Source: a virus. Taken from it: DNA of 64,000 bases. Below, piece after piece: positions 8,930-20,000 of this stretch (positions are counted from its first letter, which is position 1; each line of letters starts with the position of its first letter). The position numbers were made by a program, and so were the translations under genes. Under the pieces are notes generated by a model. The model did no database searches and was not told the DNA's origin. It saw only the letters and a list, made by a program, of their open reading frames with translations. The DNA lies in the IMG/VR virus record IMGVR_UViG_3300025655_000026, positions 13,517 to 77,516 of that record; one strand, given 5' to 3'.

Positions 8930-10254
8930 AAATGGCAATATCATCATCACCTAGCGACTACACCAAAACTGTAAATGGTGTAAATTATTCTTCGGGCTTT
9001 GGCTATTACACAGATATTTATGCCGTTGCTGACCTTTTACAAATTCCCGATTTTAGCGCATCTACTAATCCAACTGCTGAACAAGTCGGTGCAATTATTA
9101 AGCGAGTGGAGGGAACAGTTGATGATAAAGCAAAGCGTTCATATCGGCCTATTATCTATAAAAATGAAGTTCATGATTTTGAAATCAGTAGACCTCCTGT
9201 TAAAGCATACTACGGTGGCTACTTGGGTTTTGTTCAACTTACTACAATGAAAGTGACTAAAATTATTTCTCTTAGAATTTGGCAGGGAGATTCATATAAA
9301 GAAATCGCTTCTGCTCATGCTTCAATTAAATTACTTGATAACTTTAGAGACATTTACCAAATCAAATTACAACTTCCCGATTCGGGAGCAACTTTTACAT
9401 TAGTTGCCGATACTGCTAGCATAGGTGTAAATGAATTTGATGTTTCTTTAGGAAAGAAAACTGCGGCAAAGGAAATAGAATATTGTGTTAATGAAGTATT
9501 TCCATCCCAAACCTCTCAATTCACAGGGGCTACTCAACCAAAGAGTATTAGTGGAGATAGCCCAAATACAACCAAAAATATATCCGATTTCTTTTATGCT
9601 TATTCCGATGATGACGATTCTACGAAGATACAAATTTCTTCATTGTTAATGGGAGAAGATGGTTCGGATTGTAATATCATTATCTCTACTCAACAAACCT
9701 GCACTACGACAAATGCTAGTGTTAATCTCACAGTTGCCGATTCATCAAAACTAGTTGTCGGTATGGTTGTTACTGGAACAGGAATTGATAGCAACACTAC
9801 TATCTCAAGTATTACTGATTCAACAACAGTTGTTTTGAGTAAGATTGCTACTGCTGATGGAACAGATGAAACACTTACTTTTACTGCTACTAACTTGAGC
9901 ATTCCTACTATTGCCACAGTAGAACAATTTACTGATAAGCAGGATATGAAAAGATTAGGTTCATTTTGGGCGATTGGAGATGAAGGCAAATTATTCTTCT
10001 TGAGAGATTATCCTTATCATACAAACAATTCAATTATTGTTACTTATGTGGCTGGAGATGCTAGAGTTCCTGCGGCTATTCATGAAGCAACAACAAAACT
10101 AGTTGCGGCAGAAATTCTAAGGCACGATGACCAAACAATTTTAATTGCTGAAACAGGGGCAAATATTTCTACAAAGGAAAAATATGACATACTTAGAAAA
10201 GAGGCTATGGATATATTAACAGGCGCATCGGATATGGTTTTCTTGATTGATTGA
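8926..10254 (+). CDS. putative head-tail adaptor/connector with inserted beta-domains
   Basis: N-terminal 'IKRVEGTVD' and C-terminal 'IIVTYVAG..RVPAAIHEATTKLVAA', a connector-like pattern. Confidence 0.6.
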   Translation: MKMAISSSPSDYTKTVNGVNYSSGFGYYTDIYAVADLLQIPDFSASTNPTAEQVGAIIKRVEGTVDDKAKRSYRPIIYKNEVHDFEISRPPVKAYYGGYLGFVQLTTMKVTKIISLRIWQGDSYKEIASAHASIKLLDNFRDIYQIKLQLPDSGATFTLVADTASIGVNEFDVSLGKKTAAKEIEYCVNEVFPSQTSQFTGATQPKSISGDSPNTTKNISDFFYAYSDDDDSTKIQISSLLMGEDGSDCNIIISTQQTCTTTNASVNLTVADSSKLVVGMVVTGTGIDSNTTISSITDSTTVVLSKIATADGTDETLTFTATNLSIPTIATVEQFTDKQDMKRLGSFWAIGDEGKLFFLRDYPYHTNNSIIVTYVAGDARVPAAIHEATTKLVAAEILRHDDQTILIAETGANISTKEKYDILRKEAMDILTGASDMVFLID

Positions 10255-10495
10255 TATGTCACAAGAACTTTTAGAAACAATAAAACAAATTAAAGGAATA
10301 GATGTTTCTAAGATACAAGAATTAATAGAGATTCATACTGAAAGACAAAAAGCAATGATAGAACTTTCAGCAATACTAGGACAAGATGTGAGTTTTACAG
10401 AAAATGAAATACTTCAAAATATTGCAGACCATTACGCTAATGAAGTTCTAAAAGATGTAGAAAAGAAATTATTGGGGGTTTTTTCAAATGGATGA
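10247..10495 (+). CDS. hypothetical protein
   Basis: Translationally coupled ORF. Confidence 0.55.
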   Translation: MIDMSQELLETIKQIKGIDVSKIQELIEIHTERQKAMIELSAILGQDVSFTENEILQNIADHYANEVLKDVEKKLLGVFSNG

Positions 10496-10997
10496 AGTTA
10501 GCCTCCTTATTGATTTAATTTCTACTAATTGGTCTAGTTCAGCAACAACTTTACTTTCCGAAGGAGTAATTACTGCTGACCATATTACAACTCCTAATTT
10601 TGTAGATGTAAGAACTCTAGAAAGAGGTCGTGGAGTTCGCTATGACCTTTCTTCAAAAGATGTGATTATATTCTTTGAAGATAGCCAAACAATTGATTAC
10701 CCTACTGTTGGATATGATATACGCAATGAGAGTTATTCTTTTACTATGCACATTCGCACGATTCAAGATGAAAGGGCTGGAGAAGATGGTGATTTTGGAA
10801 AAGATAGGTTAAGAGTTTTATACTTGATAGCCCGTCATGCGCTTGAGCGTAGTAGGAGGGGCTATACCGCAAGTGATGGTTCGTGTTTCAGTCAATTGTT
10901 TGTAGGAAACAGAAGCGAATCAAATGACCGAGCGAAAAGACTCTTTGGCTATAAGGTTACAGTAGAAGCCAAAAGATTTGCAGTTTCAATACCTTAG
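10488..10997 (+). CDS. putative tail terminator/completion protein
   Basis: 169 aa, directly upstream of the tail tube gene; call is positional. Confidence 0.5.
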   Translation: MDEVSLLIDLISTNWSSSATTLLSEGVITADHITTPNFVDVRTLERGRGVRYDLSSKDVIIFFEDSQTIDYPTVGYDIRNESYSFTMHIRTIQDERAGEDGDFGKDRLRVLYLIARHALERSRRGYTASDGSCFSQLFVGNRSESNDRAKRLFGYKVTVEAKRFAVSIP

Positions 10998-11024
10998 TTT
11001 GTTTGTATGTAAGAGGGAAAAGAA

Positions 11025-12983
11025 ATGACGACTGATTGTGGAGATATATTTTTAGGAAGCGGGGCGAGTATAACATTTGTTCCCGAAAATGACATTTACT
11101 TTCCTTCTACTAATGGCGGAAGTGCTTTTGACGGAGTAACTTCTCTTACCGAAATTACAGCCGCCTCTTCATTTAGCAATGTTTTTTCTCTTGTAAATAA
11201 TTTGTATGTTGGTTGTATTATTGAGCGATATGGAGTTGGCTCAAATACATATACTGATGAAGTTACAACTGTTACTTTCAATAGCGATACTAAGACTGAC
11301 TATTCGGCTGACTATTTAGTATTCACTATTCTCCCTAGTGATGGTGGGGCGGCTTCAACACACGCATTTTGGTTTGATGATACAGGTGCAATTTCCGAAC
11401 CTTCTCATGGTGCTGATGCAAGTAGTTCAGTAGATATTTCCAATGCTGGTGTAATTACAAAAGAAGAATTTGCCGCACTTTTTACTACTGCCGTAAATGC
11501 GGTTTCAAATATTTCTGCTACGAGAAGTGGTAATGTAGTTACTGTTACTAATACTTATGGTGGAAATAATTCTGCCGCTACAACCACAAGCGATTCAACC
11601 AATTTATCTCTAGTAAGAACAGTCGCAGGAAACGAATCAGCAACTCCTGCTTCTTTCCAAGATTGCGCTAGAATTACTTCAAATACTGATACTACGATTA
11701 CTTTTAGTCCTGCACTTACTCCTGCTTCGGGAGATTACTTCGTTATTACTCAATATGGCGCACCTGTTCCTGCACCAACTGATACTGCAAAAAGACTTCT
11801 TTCCGATGAATGGCTTGGTTTGGTAGAAAGCATTACTTTCCCAACAACAGAAGTTGAAATGAAACAGGTTAATCTTGCTCTTGGAGGTTCTAGAAATTGG
11901 ACTTATCAATATAAAGGAATTGAAACCGCTAGCGGTGGAAGTATTAATTTAGTTTCTAATCATGCCGCTTGGCTCTATTATTTCTTTGGCCGATGCACAG
12001 GAGTTAGCGCAACTACTTCTGTTGAAGCAACTACTGACAACTTTACTGCCGCTTCTTCGGGCGCAACTTACATTGATTATGGTTCAGTTACAGAAACAGG
12101 GCCAATCTTCTATCGTTCTGTCGGAGATAAACTTTGTCCTCCAATTGCTAAACACTTAGATAATTACGCTAATATGGATAAATTAACTCTTCCGATTATT
12201 GCTAGTGGAGAAATTGATAATGAAATCACCTATACTTTTGCAGAACAAAACGGAGAACTTCTCCCATCTTTCTCTCTTGAACAAGTATTCAGCAAATTAC
12301 CTTCAAGTGATACTTATAGAACTACGACTACTACTTACGAAGATACAAATTTCGTAACGATTGCTAGAGGTAATAGAGTTAATACTATGACAATTACTGC
12401 TAATGAAAATGAAGAAATTAAAATGACTATGGATTTGTCTACTCGCACAATCCATAATCTTGAAAGCGATGAAGTATATGATGCTAGAAGAGGAGTTACT
12501 GATGAAACTGCTTTCTTTAATTATGATTCCGAATCTAAATTTAGAGAACCTTTCTTTTTCTCAAGTGGCTACTTGAAAGTATTTGGTGTTCAATTCCTAA
12601 AGATTAATTCAATTACTTTAACTATGAATAATTCTCTAACAGAAAGAAGATTTATTGGCGTTGGAAATAAATCAATTCAAGAAGCAATTCCAGCACAACG
12701 AACTTATGAACTACAATTTACAGGTCATGTGACTGATGATAGACTTTATCAAGAATTATTGAATCAAGATGAGAATACTTCGGAAACGGATGGCCAAATG
12801 GTTGAACTTAACTTTTCTAAAGCAAATGGTGAATCATTTACATTAAAGTTTAAAGATTACATGGTTTCTGCTAATAATTTCCCATTACCCGATGATAAAG
12901 GGCCAGTTGTCGTAGAAACAACAATTATGCCAAGAAACTTAGAAAGTTGCTCAGTAACAACCCATTGGATTTTACAGGGGTGA
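11025..12983 (+). CDS. tail tube (major tail) protein with extra domains
   Basis: 'LPSFSLEQ', 'G.RVN.MTI', 'ITLTMNNSL' tube-like motifs; precedes the chaperones and tape measure. Confidence 0.7.
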   Translation: MTTDCGDIFLGSGASITFVPENDIYFPSTNGGSAFDGVTSLTEITAASSFSNVFSLVNNLYVGCIIERYGVGSNTYTDEVTTVTFNSDTKTDYSADYLVFTILPSDGGAASTHAFWFDDTGAISEPSHGADASSSVDISNAGVITKEEFAALFTTAVNAVSNISATRSGNVVTVTNTYGGNNSAATTTSDSTNLSLVRTVAGNESATPASFQDCARITSNTDTTITFSPALTPASGDYFVITQYGAPVPAPTDTAKRLLSDEWLGLVESITFPTTEVEMKQVNLALGGSRNWTYQYKGIETASGGSINLVSNHAAWLYYFFGRCTGVSATTSVEATTDNFTAASSGATYIDYGSVTETGPIFYRSVGDKLCPPIAKHLDNYANMDKLTLPIIASGEIDNEITYTFAEQNGELLPSFSLEQVFSKLPSSDTYRTTTTTYEDTNFVTIARGNRVNTMTITANENEEIKMTMDLSTRTIHNLESDEVYDARRGVTDETAFFNYDSESKFREPFFFSSGYLKVFGVQFLKINSITLTMNNSLTERRFIGVGNKSIQEAIPAQRTYELQFTGHVTDDRLYQELLNQDENTSETDGQMVELNFSKANGESFTLKFKDYMVSANNFPLPDDKGPVVVETTIMPRNLESCSVTTHWILQG

Positions 12984-12987
12984 TTCT

Positions 12988-13110
12988 TTGCCTAGTCGTA
13001 GAGAAAAAATAATGCTACAGACAATCGTAGTAGAAACACCTACTCCAGTTCCTAAAAAGAAAGGGCGAAAGCCAAAAAAGGAGGTTGTTGAAGAACAATC
13101 TAACGAATAA
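12988..13110 (+). CDS. 40-aa basic peptide (PKKKGRKPKK), not in the ORF track
   Basis: TTG start after a GGGGTGA SD; stop TAA at 13108-13110. Confidence 0.45.
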   Translation: MPSRREKIMLQTIVVETPTPVPKKKGRKPKKEVVEEQSNE

Positions 13111-13158
13111 TATTCCACCAACACCGTTTGTTTGTTTGTTGGTTTTTGAGGTGGAAAT

Positions 13159-13524
13159 ATGGAAAAAAAAGTTGTAACTGATAAGAGTGTGCTATTTGCA
13201 CTAAATGAGCCTAAGTGTCACTTTATTAAAGTGGCCGAAGACATAGACGAATACCTTAAGGTTTGGGTCAAAGAACCTACATGGTTAGAAGTTGATAAAG
13301 CCATGAATAGCATGATGAAGATTGATGCTAAGAGTCAAAACTTTGACCTTGACCTAAATGCAATGTATCGTTTTATGGTTGAAAACTTTGTTGTAAAGAC
13401 TGAACCAATGCTTTCAACCCTTGATATTCTCCGTTTGAGTCCTTATGTTGGAAATCAACTAAAGGAAATTTTACCTAATCCATTTGATGCTTTTAGCGAG
13501 GATGAGGAAAAAAACGAAAATTGA
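13159..13524 (+). CDS. tail assembly chaperone (gpG-like)
   Basis: Between tube and tape measure; ends across a slippery A AAA AAC at 13509-13515. Confidence 0.7.
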   Translation: MEKKVVTDKSVLFALNEPKCHFIKVAEDIDEYLKVWVKEPTWLEVDKAMNSMMKIDAKSQNFDLDLNAMYRFMVENFVVKTEPMLSTLDILRLSPYVGNQLKEILPNPFDAFSEDEEKNEN

Positions 13525-13730
13525 GGGCGGCAATTAAAGGAGGTAAAGCCGAACCTTCTACTGTTTCCCTCATAATTGTATATACATTAGCAAAGGCTTT
13601 AGGGATAAGCCCCCTGCAAGTGTATGAGATGCCAGCCGATTTGGTTCTAAGTATGTTAAGCATTCATAAGATATTTGAAGAATTAAAGGCAGAAGAAATT
13701 GAAAAAGCCACTAAGAGTTTAAAGAGGTGA
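13521..13730 (+). CDS. tail assembly chaperone -1 frameshift extension (gpT-like)
   Basis: In the -1 frame relative to 13159..13524; 'LAKALGISPLQVYEMP' is typical. Confidence 0.7.
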   Translation: MRAAIKGGKAEPSTVSLIIVYTLAKALGISPLQVYEMPADLVLSMLSIHKIFEELKAEEIEKATKSLKR

Positions 13731-13736
13731 GAATAA

Positions 13737-15233
13737 ATGGCAACGAATCAAGATATTGTAAATACATTAAGAGAATTAATAGATTTACAAAAAGGATATT
13801 CAAATGCCGTAAAAGAAACCTCAAAAGAATTAACTGCTCAAGAAAGAATTGCGAAAAGAAGAAATGAAAAAGCAGAAGAATATAATACTCGTTTAGGAAA
13901 AACAATTGCTACATTAACTGCGGTTGATGGAAAAATGGGTAAGTTCAAACGATTTTCATATGGTTTCTTACCAAAAGGTTTCTTTCGTGCGATGAACGCA
14001 ACTGCTTCAAGTTTAGAATCAATAGATATTGCTGTTGGAAGAGTTAGAAAAGGAATAGAAAAAACTAGTAAAATAAAATCTTTGTTTGGTAGAACTATGA
14101 CTATGGGTTTTAAAGATTTTGATAAAATGGGTTCTCAAATACGGGCGGCACAAACTGCTCAAGAAACTTACTATGGTAGAAGCACTAGTGCCGCATTTAA
14201 TCGTAGAGGTAGACAATATTACATGACCCCCGATGCCGCAGAAAGGCAAATGATTGGTCGCCAAAAGGCTGAAAAAACACTTAGAAGAAAAAGAGCATTA
14301 GAAGTAGGCGGAATGATTACTGGAATAAGAAAAAGAGAAGAACCTCTAAGTTTACAGAATATGAAAAAAGCGGCAGTTAAATTCTATGAAGGAATAAAAA
14401 ATACTGATTGGGGAAAGATTATAAATTTAACAAAAAAATATGTCATACGGGCGGCAATTCTATTTACAGGTGTAGTCTTTAGAGCCGTTGGTATAGTAGT
14501 TCTTTTGTATATGCTATTCAAAGGATTTTGGCCACAAATCAAAGAAAGCGTGATGGCCGCATGGGAAGCAATAAAGCAAGTTGGGATGATTGCTCTCGCT
14601 GGATTAAATATGGTTTGGGAAGGATTAAAAGGAGTTTGGAATGCTTTCTTTGGAGATGGCGATTTAGTTTCTTTAATTGATAGTTTATTAACAATTGCTG
14701 GTGGATTACTTATTTTTGCTGGAGGTCTTGTAATAACTGCCTTGACTGCTGGATTAGTTTTGCTTGGTGGCCTACTTATGGAAACGGGCGCAAGATTACT
14801 TACCTTTTTGGGTAATTTTTTCAGTAAAACAGGGTCTTTGGTGAACAAAATCGCTACTACTATTGCGGCTATTCTTGGAGTCGTTATGTTTATTGTTTCG
14901 GGCGCATGGGCGGCAGTAATTGCGGCCGCTATTGGATATTATGTCGCTAAGAAATTTGCAGGATTTTTGGGCTTCCATGCTGACGGAGGAACAGTTACTT
15001 CTCCTTTACAGATTGTTGGTGAGCGTGGCCCTGAAATTGCCGCTTTACCGAGAGGAACTAAAGTTATGACAAATACTCAATCAAAGAATATGGTTGGTGG
15101 AAATACTTTCAACATTACAATTAATGCTAGAGATACTTCGGATGCGGAATTAAGAAGAGTCGCTGATAAAATAGGACAAATGATTAACGGTAAGATTAAC
15201 AGAACTACTTCTTCTAGAACATTAGGTGCGTGA
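13737..15233 (+). CDS. tape measure protein
   Basis: Helical with hydrophobic segments; C-terminal 'FHADGGTV...VGERGPE...LP.G..V' motif. Confidence 0.8.
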   Translation: MATNQDIVNTLRELIDLQKGYSNAVKETSKELTAQERIAKRRNEKAEEYNTRLGKTIATLTAVDGKMGKFKRFSYGFLPKGFFRAMNATASSLESIDIAVGRVRKGIEKTSKIKSLFGRTMTMGFKDFDKMGSQIRAAQTAQETYYGRSTSAAFNRRGRQYYMTPDAAERQMIGRQKAEKTLRRKRALEVGGMITGIRKREEPLSLQNMKKAAVKFYEGIKNTDWGKIINLTKKYVIRAAILFTGVVFRAVGIVVLLYMLFKGFWPQIKESVMAAWEAIKQVGMIALAGLNMVWEGLKGVWNAFFGDGDLVSLIDSLLTIAGGLLIFAGGLVITALTAGLVLLGGLLMETGARLLTFLGNFFSKTGSLVNKIATTIAAILGVVMFIVSGAWAAVIAAAIGYYVAKKFAGFLGFHADGGTVTSPLQIVGERGPEIAALPRGTKVMTNTQSKNMVGGNTFNITINARDTSDAELRRVADKIGQMINGKINRTTSSRTLGA

Positions 15234-15237
15234 TTAA

Positions 15238-15885
15238 ATGCGAGAATTCTATGTTTATTTAAAATTGAAATCTTTTGATGGAACTGATTTACAATTAGAT
15301 ACAATTCCATTAAGAGCGAATTCTGTTAGCATTTCAACAGATAAAACAATCCCCGATTTCCCTATTCCTTTAAGTGGTTTAACTACTGGAGAATCAGTTA
15401 CATTGGCTTTAGATTTAGGTATGTCAAGTAAAAGAGTTTCAATTAGTGGATTTATTAACGCTACTCCTCTAAAAAGAAGCCATACTGATTCCGAATCAAG
15501 AACTTTTACTGCACATGAAATTGCACAATTAATTGCTTCGGGAGTTGATTCAACAGGTGCGGCAGTAAATCAAGCATTGGATGAATTAGTGGTTTTAATT
15601 CCTTCTTATGTTGATTCTAACTATGCTTATAGAAGTGGGGTTAATACTTTAAAACCAACATCAACAAGTGAAGCAGATACTCCTCTTATTCCTTTTACTT
15701 TTAGAGCGAGAGGAAGTAGCAATGATAAAGATAACAAATATGTTCCTATTTCATTTGGCTTTCCCGATACAACAACTGCTACTGGATTGAAAGGATATAT
15801 TCGTTCTTTTAGTGTAGACTTTGCGGCAGATACAGTGGAACTTTCTTTTAGTATGGAGTTTGTTGTGGCGACTGTTGTTCCTTGA
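15238..15885 (+). CDS. putative distal tail protein
   Basis: Follows the tape measure gene; beta-rich. Confidence 0.5.
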   Translation: MREFYVYLKLKSFDGTDLQLDTIPLRANSVSISTDKTIPDFPIPLSGLTTGESVTLALDLGMSSKRVSISGFINATPLKRSHTDSESRTFTAHEIAQLIASGVDSTGAAVNQALDELVVLIPSYVDSNYAYRSGVNTLKPTSTSEADTPLIPFTFRARGSSNDKDNKYVPISFGFPDTTTATGLKGYIRSFSVDFAADTVELSFSMEFVVATVVP

Positions 15886-15894
15886 GGTGGCTAA

Positions 15895-17016
15895 ATGTAT
15901 TCAATCTTTACAGGAAATCAGCGTTCTCTCGTATTTCCTGTAATGTGTAATGGATTCGCAACTATTGATTATAGTGCCAATATTCCCGATGCTAATTCTC
16001 CATCTATTACTAGCGATGAAGCGGCATATGGAATTTGGGTTCATGAAGGAGATTTTACTTTTGAAAGTGTAATTACTCCATATGATATTAATGGCTATGG
16101 AACATATGATGCCTCAAGAACTCCTCCAACTATTACTGCTTCAAAGAAAATTATGCCAGCATTAGGCCAATCTGTCTACGATGCTGGAAATGAAGGAAAC
16201 TATGAAAGCGAACTATATCTATCAAGAGCGAATCGCTTGACTCATGAAATGATGATTTTTTACAGTAGTGATTTTCAAATTAGCCTAGTAAATACTTCGC
16301 TACACAATGAAAATCAGCCAGCAGAATACAAGATTAGAGTTAGAATAAGATTAGGAAGCACAACAGAAATTATTGATAGTGATACTGTCATTAGTTCCAA
16401 CATTACTAGAAACTATACTTATAGTGGAGTGGCTGGTTTCAATCAAGATGGTAAAATTAAATATGATAGTTCGGGTCAAACAGTTACATCAGTAAGTGGC
16501 TCAACTCTTGTGGTGTCAAGCACTAGTGATTTCTACGCTGGTTTAGAATTATTTTATCGCAATGGGTGGGATTATTTGAGCATGGGAAAAATTGTTTCAG
16601 TAGATTCGGCCACAGACCTCACCATGTCGGCTAATGTAGATACTTCTTCAACTGGAACTGTATATGTTTATGATGCACAAGACCCTCTCTACATCAACAA
16701 TTTATTTCATATTGCCTGTTCTTGGAGTGATACTTATAAGACCTTGAATATTTATTTTAATGGCCTACTCGTCAAGACTGCTACTCATTCCCAAACAGAT
16801 ACCTTTACTTTTGCGAGAGAAGATTTCTATATTGGGGCTAATGGTCAAGGGGCGAATGGGAGTGAATCAGCAATTACAAATAAGCAATTCATGGGAGAAA
16901 TGCATGAAATGGCCATATTAAATTATACAAAAGACCAATTCGCAGGAAGAAATAATCTTCTTCCAAATTATGATAATACTCTTCTTTATCTTCGGTTTGA
17001 GGAGGTTGATTTGTAA
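15895..17016 (+). CDS. tail protein with a concanavalin A/LamG-like domain
   Basis: 'FHIACSW...LNIYFNG...FYIGA...FMGEMHEMAILN' LamG signature. Confidence 0.75.
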   Translation: MYSIFTGNQRSLVFPVMCNGFATIDYSANIPDANSPSITSDEAAYGIWVHEGDFTFESVITPYDINGYGTYDASRTPPTITASKKIMPALGQSVYDAGNEGNYESELYLSRANRLTHEMMIFYSSDFQISLVNTSLHNENQPAEYKIRVRIRLGSTTEIIDSDTVISSNITRNYTYSGVAGFNQDGKIKYDSSGQTVTSVSGSTLVVSSTSDFYAGLELFYRNGWDYLSMGKIVSVDSATDLTMSANVDTSSTGTVYVYDAQDPLYINNLFHIACSWSDTYKTLNIYFNGLLVKTATHSQTDTFTFAREDFYIGANGQGANGSESAITNKQFMGEMHEMAILNYTKDQFAGRNNLLPNYDNTLLYLRFEEVDL

Positions 17017-20000
17017 TGACATTATCTGTTACTCCTTCAAGATATGAAGCACCTACCAATCCTCAATTTTACTCTACTTCCGTTACAGATGGAAATAGAA
17101 TATATACGGCAGTTGTTCCTAATGGAGATGTTTCTTTTACAGTTGAAGGATTTGGTGGTTCTGTTACAGAATATTCAAATCTTACTAACACCAAAGGATT
17201 TAGAATTAAATGTTATGATGCCTTAACTGGAGAAGGAATTCAGTTTAATCCATCAACTATTGACTTTGAAACATACGATTATTTTGTTTTAGTTTATTCG
17301 GATGACGATTATCAGCATCACTTTGCTAGAATTAAGGAAATAATCACAGAAGATGAAGAAGGAGATGCTTTTGAATTTGAACCTAAACTCGGAAATGAAA
17401 TTCCAAAAAATACTAAGTTTATTATTTTTAAAGGGCCAAGTAAAGCAACAGATGTAGTTGCTATTTCATTAGGAATACTTCAAGATTCTACTAGGGCGCA
17501 TCTAAGATATAGAATGTCATGTTCTAGGCCATTGTTTTATTTTTATGATGGATTGGATAAAGAAGGAGAACTTAATCATAATACTAAGTATTATGTTATG
17601 AGAGAAGATGGAACTGCTAACAGTTACACTCTTGATAATACAAAAGATGTAGATACTTTTAGAACAGTTCAAGACTTTGGCCAAACAATTGTAGATTATA
17701 GTAAATATTCTTTAAGAGTTACTTTAACTGATACACTAAGAACAATAGATGTAGAAAGTGGAGGAAATATCACTCTAAATGAAGGCGGAACAATGGTCGC
17801 AGATAGAACAGACTACAATCAGTTTCTACCGAATGCTAGAAGAGATTCCGATGATGACATTACAACAAGAGTTTATACTGGAGAACAAAGATATTTGCAC
17901 TACGATTATTCTCCTCTTAGGGCTAACTTTACCTATGGGGTATATACACATCAAACTTATGATTCAGTTAATGGAAGAGGTGGATTTTCGGAAACTAAGA
18001 TTGTAGATACCTCAAGAATTCTACAAAAGAAAATTACTGAATTCACAGACTACAAAGTTAGACATATTGTTCATAGAGCAAACATAGATGATTGGTTTGC
18101 ACTTGAAGCAACATTTAGTAGTGACGCAGGTTCTCATGTATTTACTTTTGATACTACTTTTGATTTAGATGGTTTCATTAATGTTGGAGATGAATTAAAA
18201 ATTGATAGCCGAATTTACATTGTTCAAACAATTGGTTCGTTTAGTGGTTTTTCGCAAACAATTACAATGAGAAATAGAAGCCGTTTAGAAACTGAGTCTA
18301 TTTTAACTTCGGGATATTATACTCCTACTTCTGAAGCAATTGTTTATAGAAGGTGTTACAATTTTACAGATAAAACATTAATGGTTGATTTTGACCTTAT
18401 AGATAACAGATATTCTAAATTAAGCGTTTCTTTTTCTTCGCTTAATATGACAGAATTGTTTGCTACGGTTTCTGCCGTAGATGCAAAAAGAAAAATGATT
18501 ACTTTGGCTTTTGATGGAGATTCATATTATGATGACCCATTAAGATACGCTTTAGGACAATTTTTAATTCATGTAGAACGGTTTAATGGTGAGATTGAAA
18601 ACATTTCAAGTAAGAAAGAGAATGGCCAAACTGTTTTTGAAATTAAAGGAAGAGATAAATTCAATAAATTGATTTCTCCAATTGTGAATCTTAATAGTTT
18701 GTTTAGTGAAGATATTGTTTATTCTAGCAATAGTCCATATAACAAATTAGGGAATATCAAATCCTCTAGCACATATAGTATTGCATTAGGGGCAACTACT
18801 TTAGCAACAGGTGCTAGTGGAAGTAATTTTGATATTCTTCCAGCCGTAGGAGATAACTTATTTACTGCTAATGGATATATTGGAAAGGTGACTGCTGTTT
18901 CTGCTGACCCGATAATTTTAACTTTTACTCCTGCAATTACAGAAGCAAATAGCGAAGCAATTTATGTTGAAACAGAAAAGAACTATGTATTTACAAAGGC
19001 TCTAGGCTCTAGTTCGCTGGCTAATGCTACTACCACTTCTTTAACAGGTTCAGCAAATAAAGGAGTTTTCTTTACGGCAGGAAATGAAATATCTTCTGTT
19101 GATGGTTCGGAAGGTAATTCGCTAACAGGAAGCAGTAGTAACACTCATCCAAAGGCAATAGGCTACTCAATAACTCACCCAAATTCAATTAGTGAAGATT
19201 TTTCTTTCCAAGCGAAATTGACTGATGAATTTGGTGGAAGTGCTGATTCGGATTTTGATACTGTAAATGCTTTAATTGATTTTGAAATTGTTTCTATTTC
19301 TCAAAAAAATAATGTCAATGTTATTGAATTAGCCCCATATGTTCCAGTTACTTTAGGAAGAAAAGTAGAATATTATGATTATACTGATGAACAAACATTT
19401 ACTTCGCATGGAACAATAAGTTATATTGGTGGCTCTCCTCCATGTTTACTTCATTTAACTAATTCTTCTGCATATACTTTAAAGGTAGGAGAGGCATTAT
19501 ATGTAGGTTCTTCTAAAACATTTATAGGCAAAATATTATCAATTCATAGTTTCACTACTTCTTCTGTGATAGTTAAAATATTTTTAGATAGAACAATTTA
19601 TAATTATGGTATTGGAGATGAAATTTTTTCTTCTAATAAAGTAATTACTGATTTAGCAGTAATTAATGGGGCGCACTTATGGGGAGGAAAAATATTAATT
19701 CACCCACATTTAAATTATACTAGCGATGGGTTAGTTCCATTTAATGTAGAAAATACGGTTGGAAGCGGAGATTATAATTCTAAATACGGACAAATGTATT
19801 ATAAACCCGTAAGTAGTAGTTTTGGTAAATTTAATTTAAACTTACCAATAGTTAAAGCATCTAACAAACAAATTACTAAATTTTACATTAATAATAGTGC
19901 GTTAAATTATCTATATCAATCTTATCAATTTAAACCGAATCTAAGTTCTAATATCATATCATTTGGTCAAACAGACTCTTCTTATAGAACTCTTCCTTTA

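Noticed and set aside
11025-12983. Contractile tail sheath
   Set aside because: The C-terminal motifs and position before the chaperones and tape measure fit a tube protein, and no separate tube gene follows.
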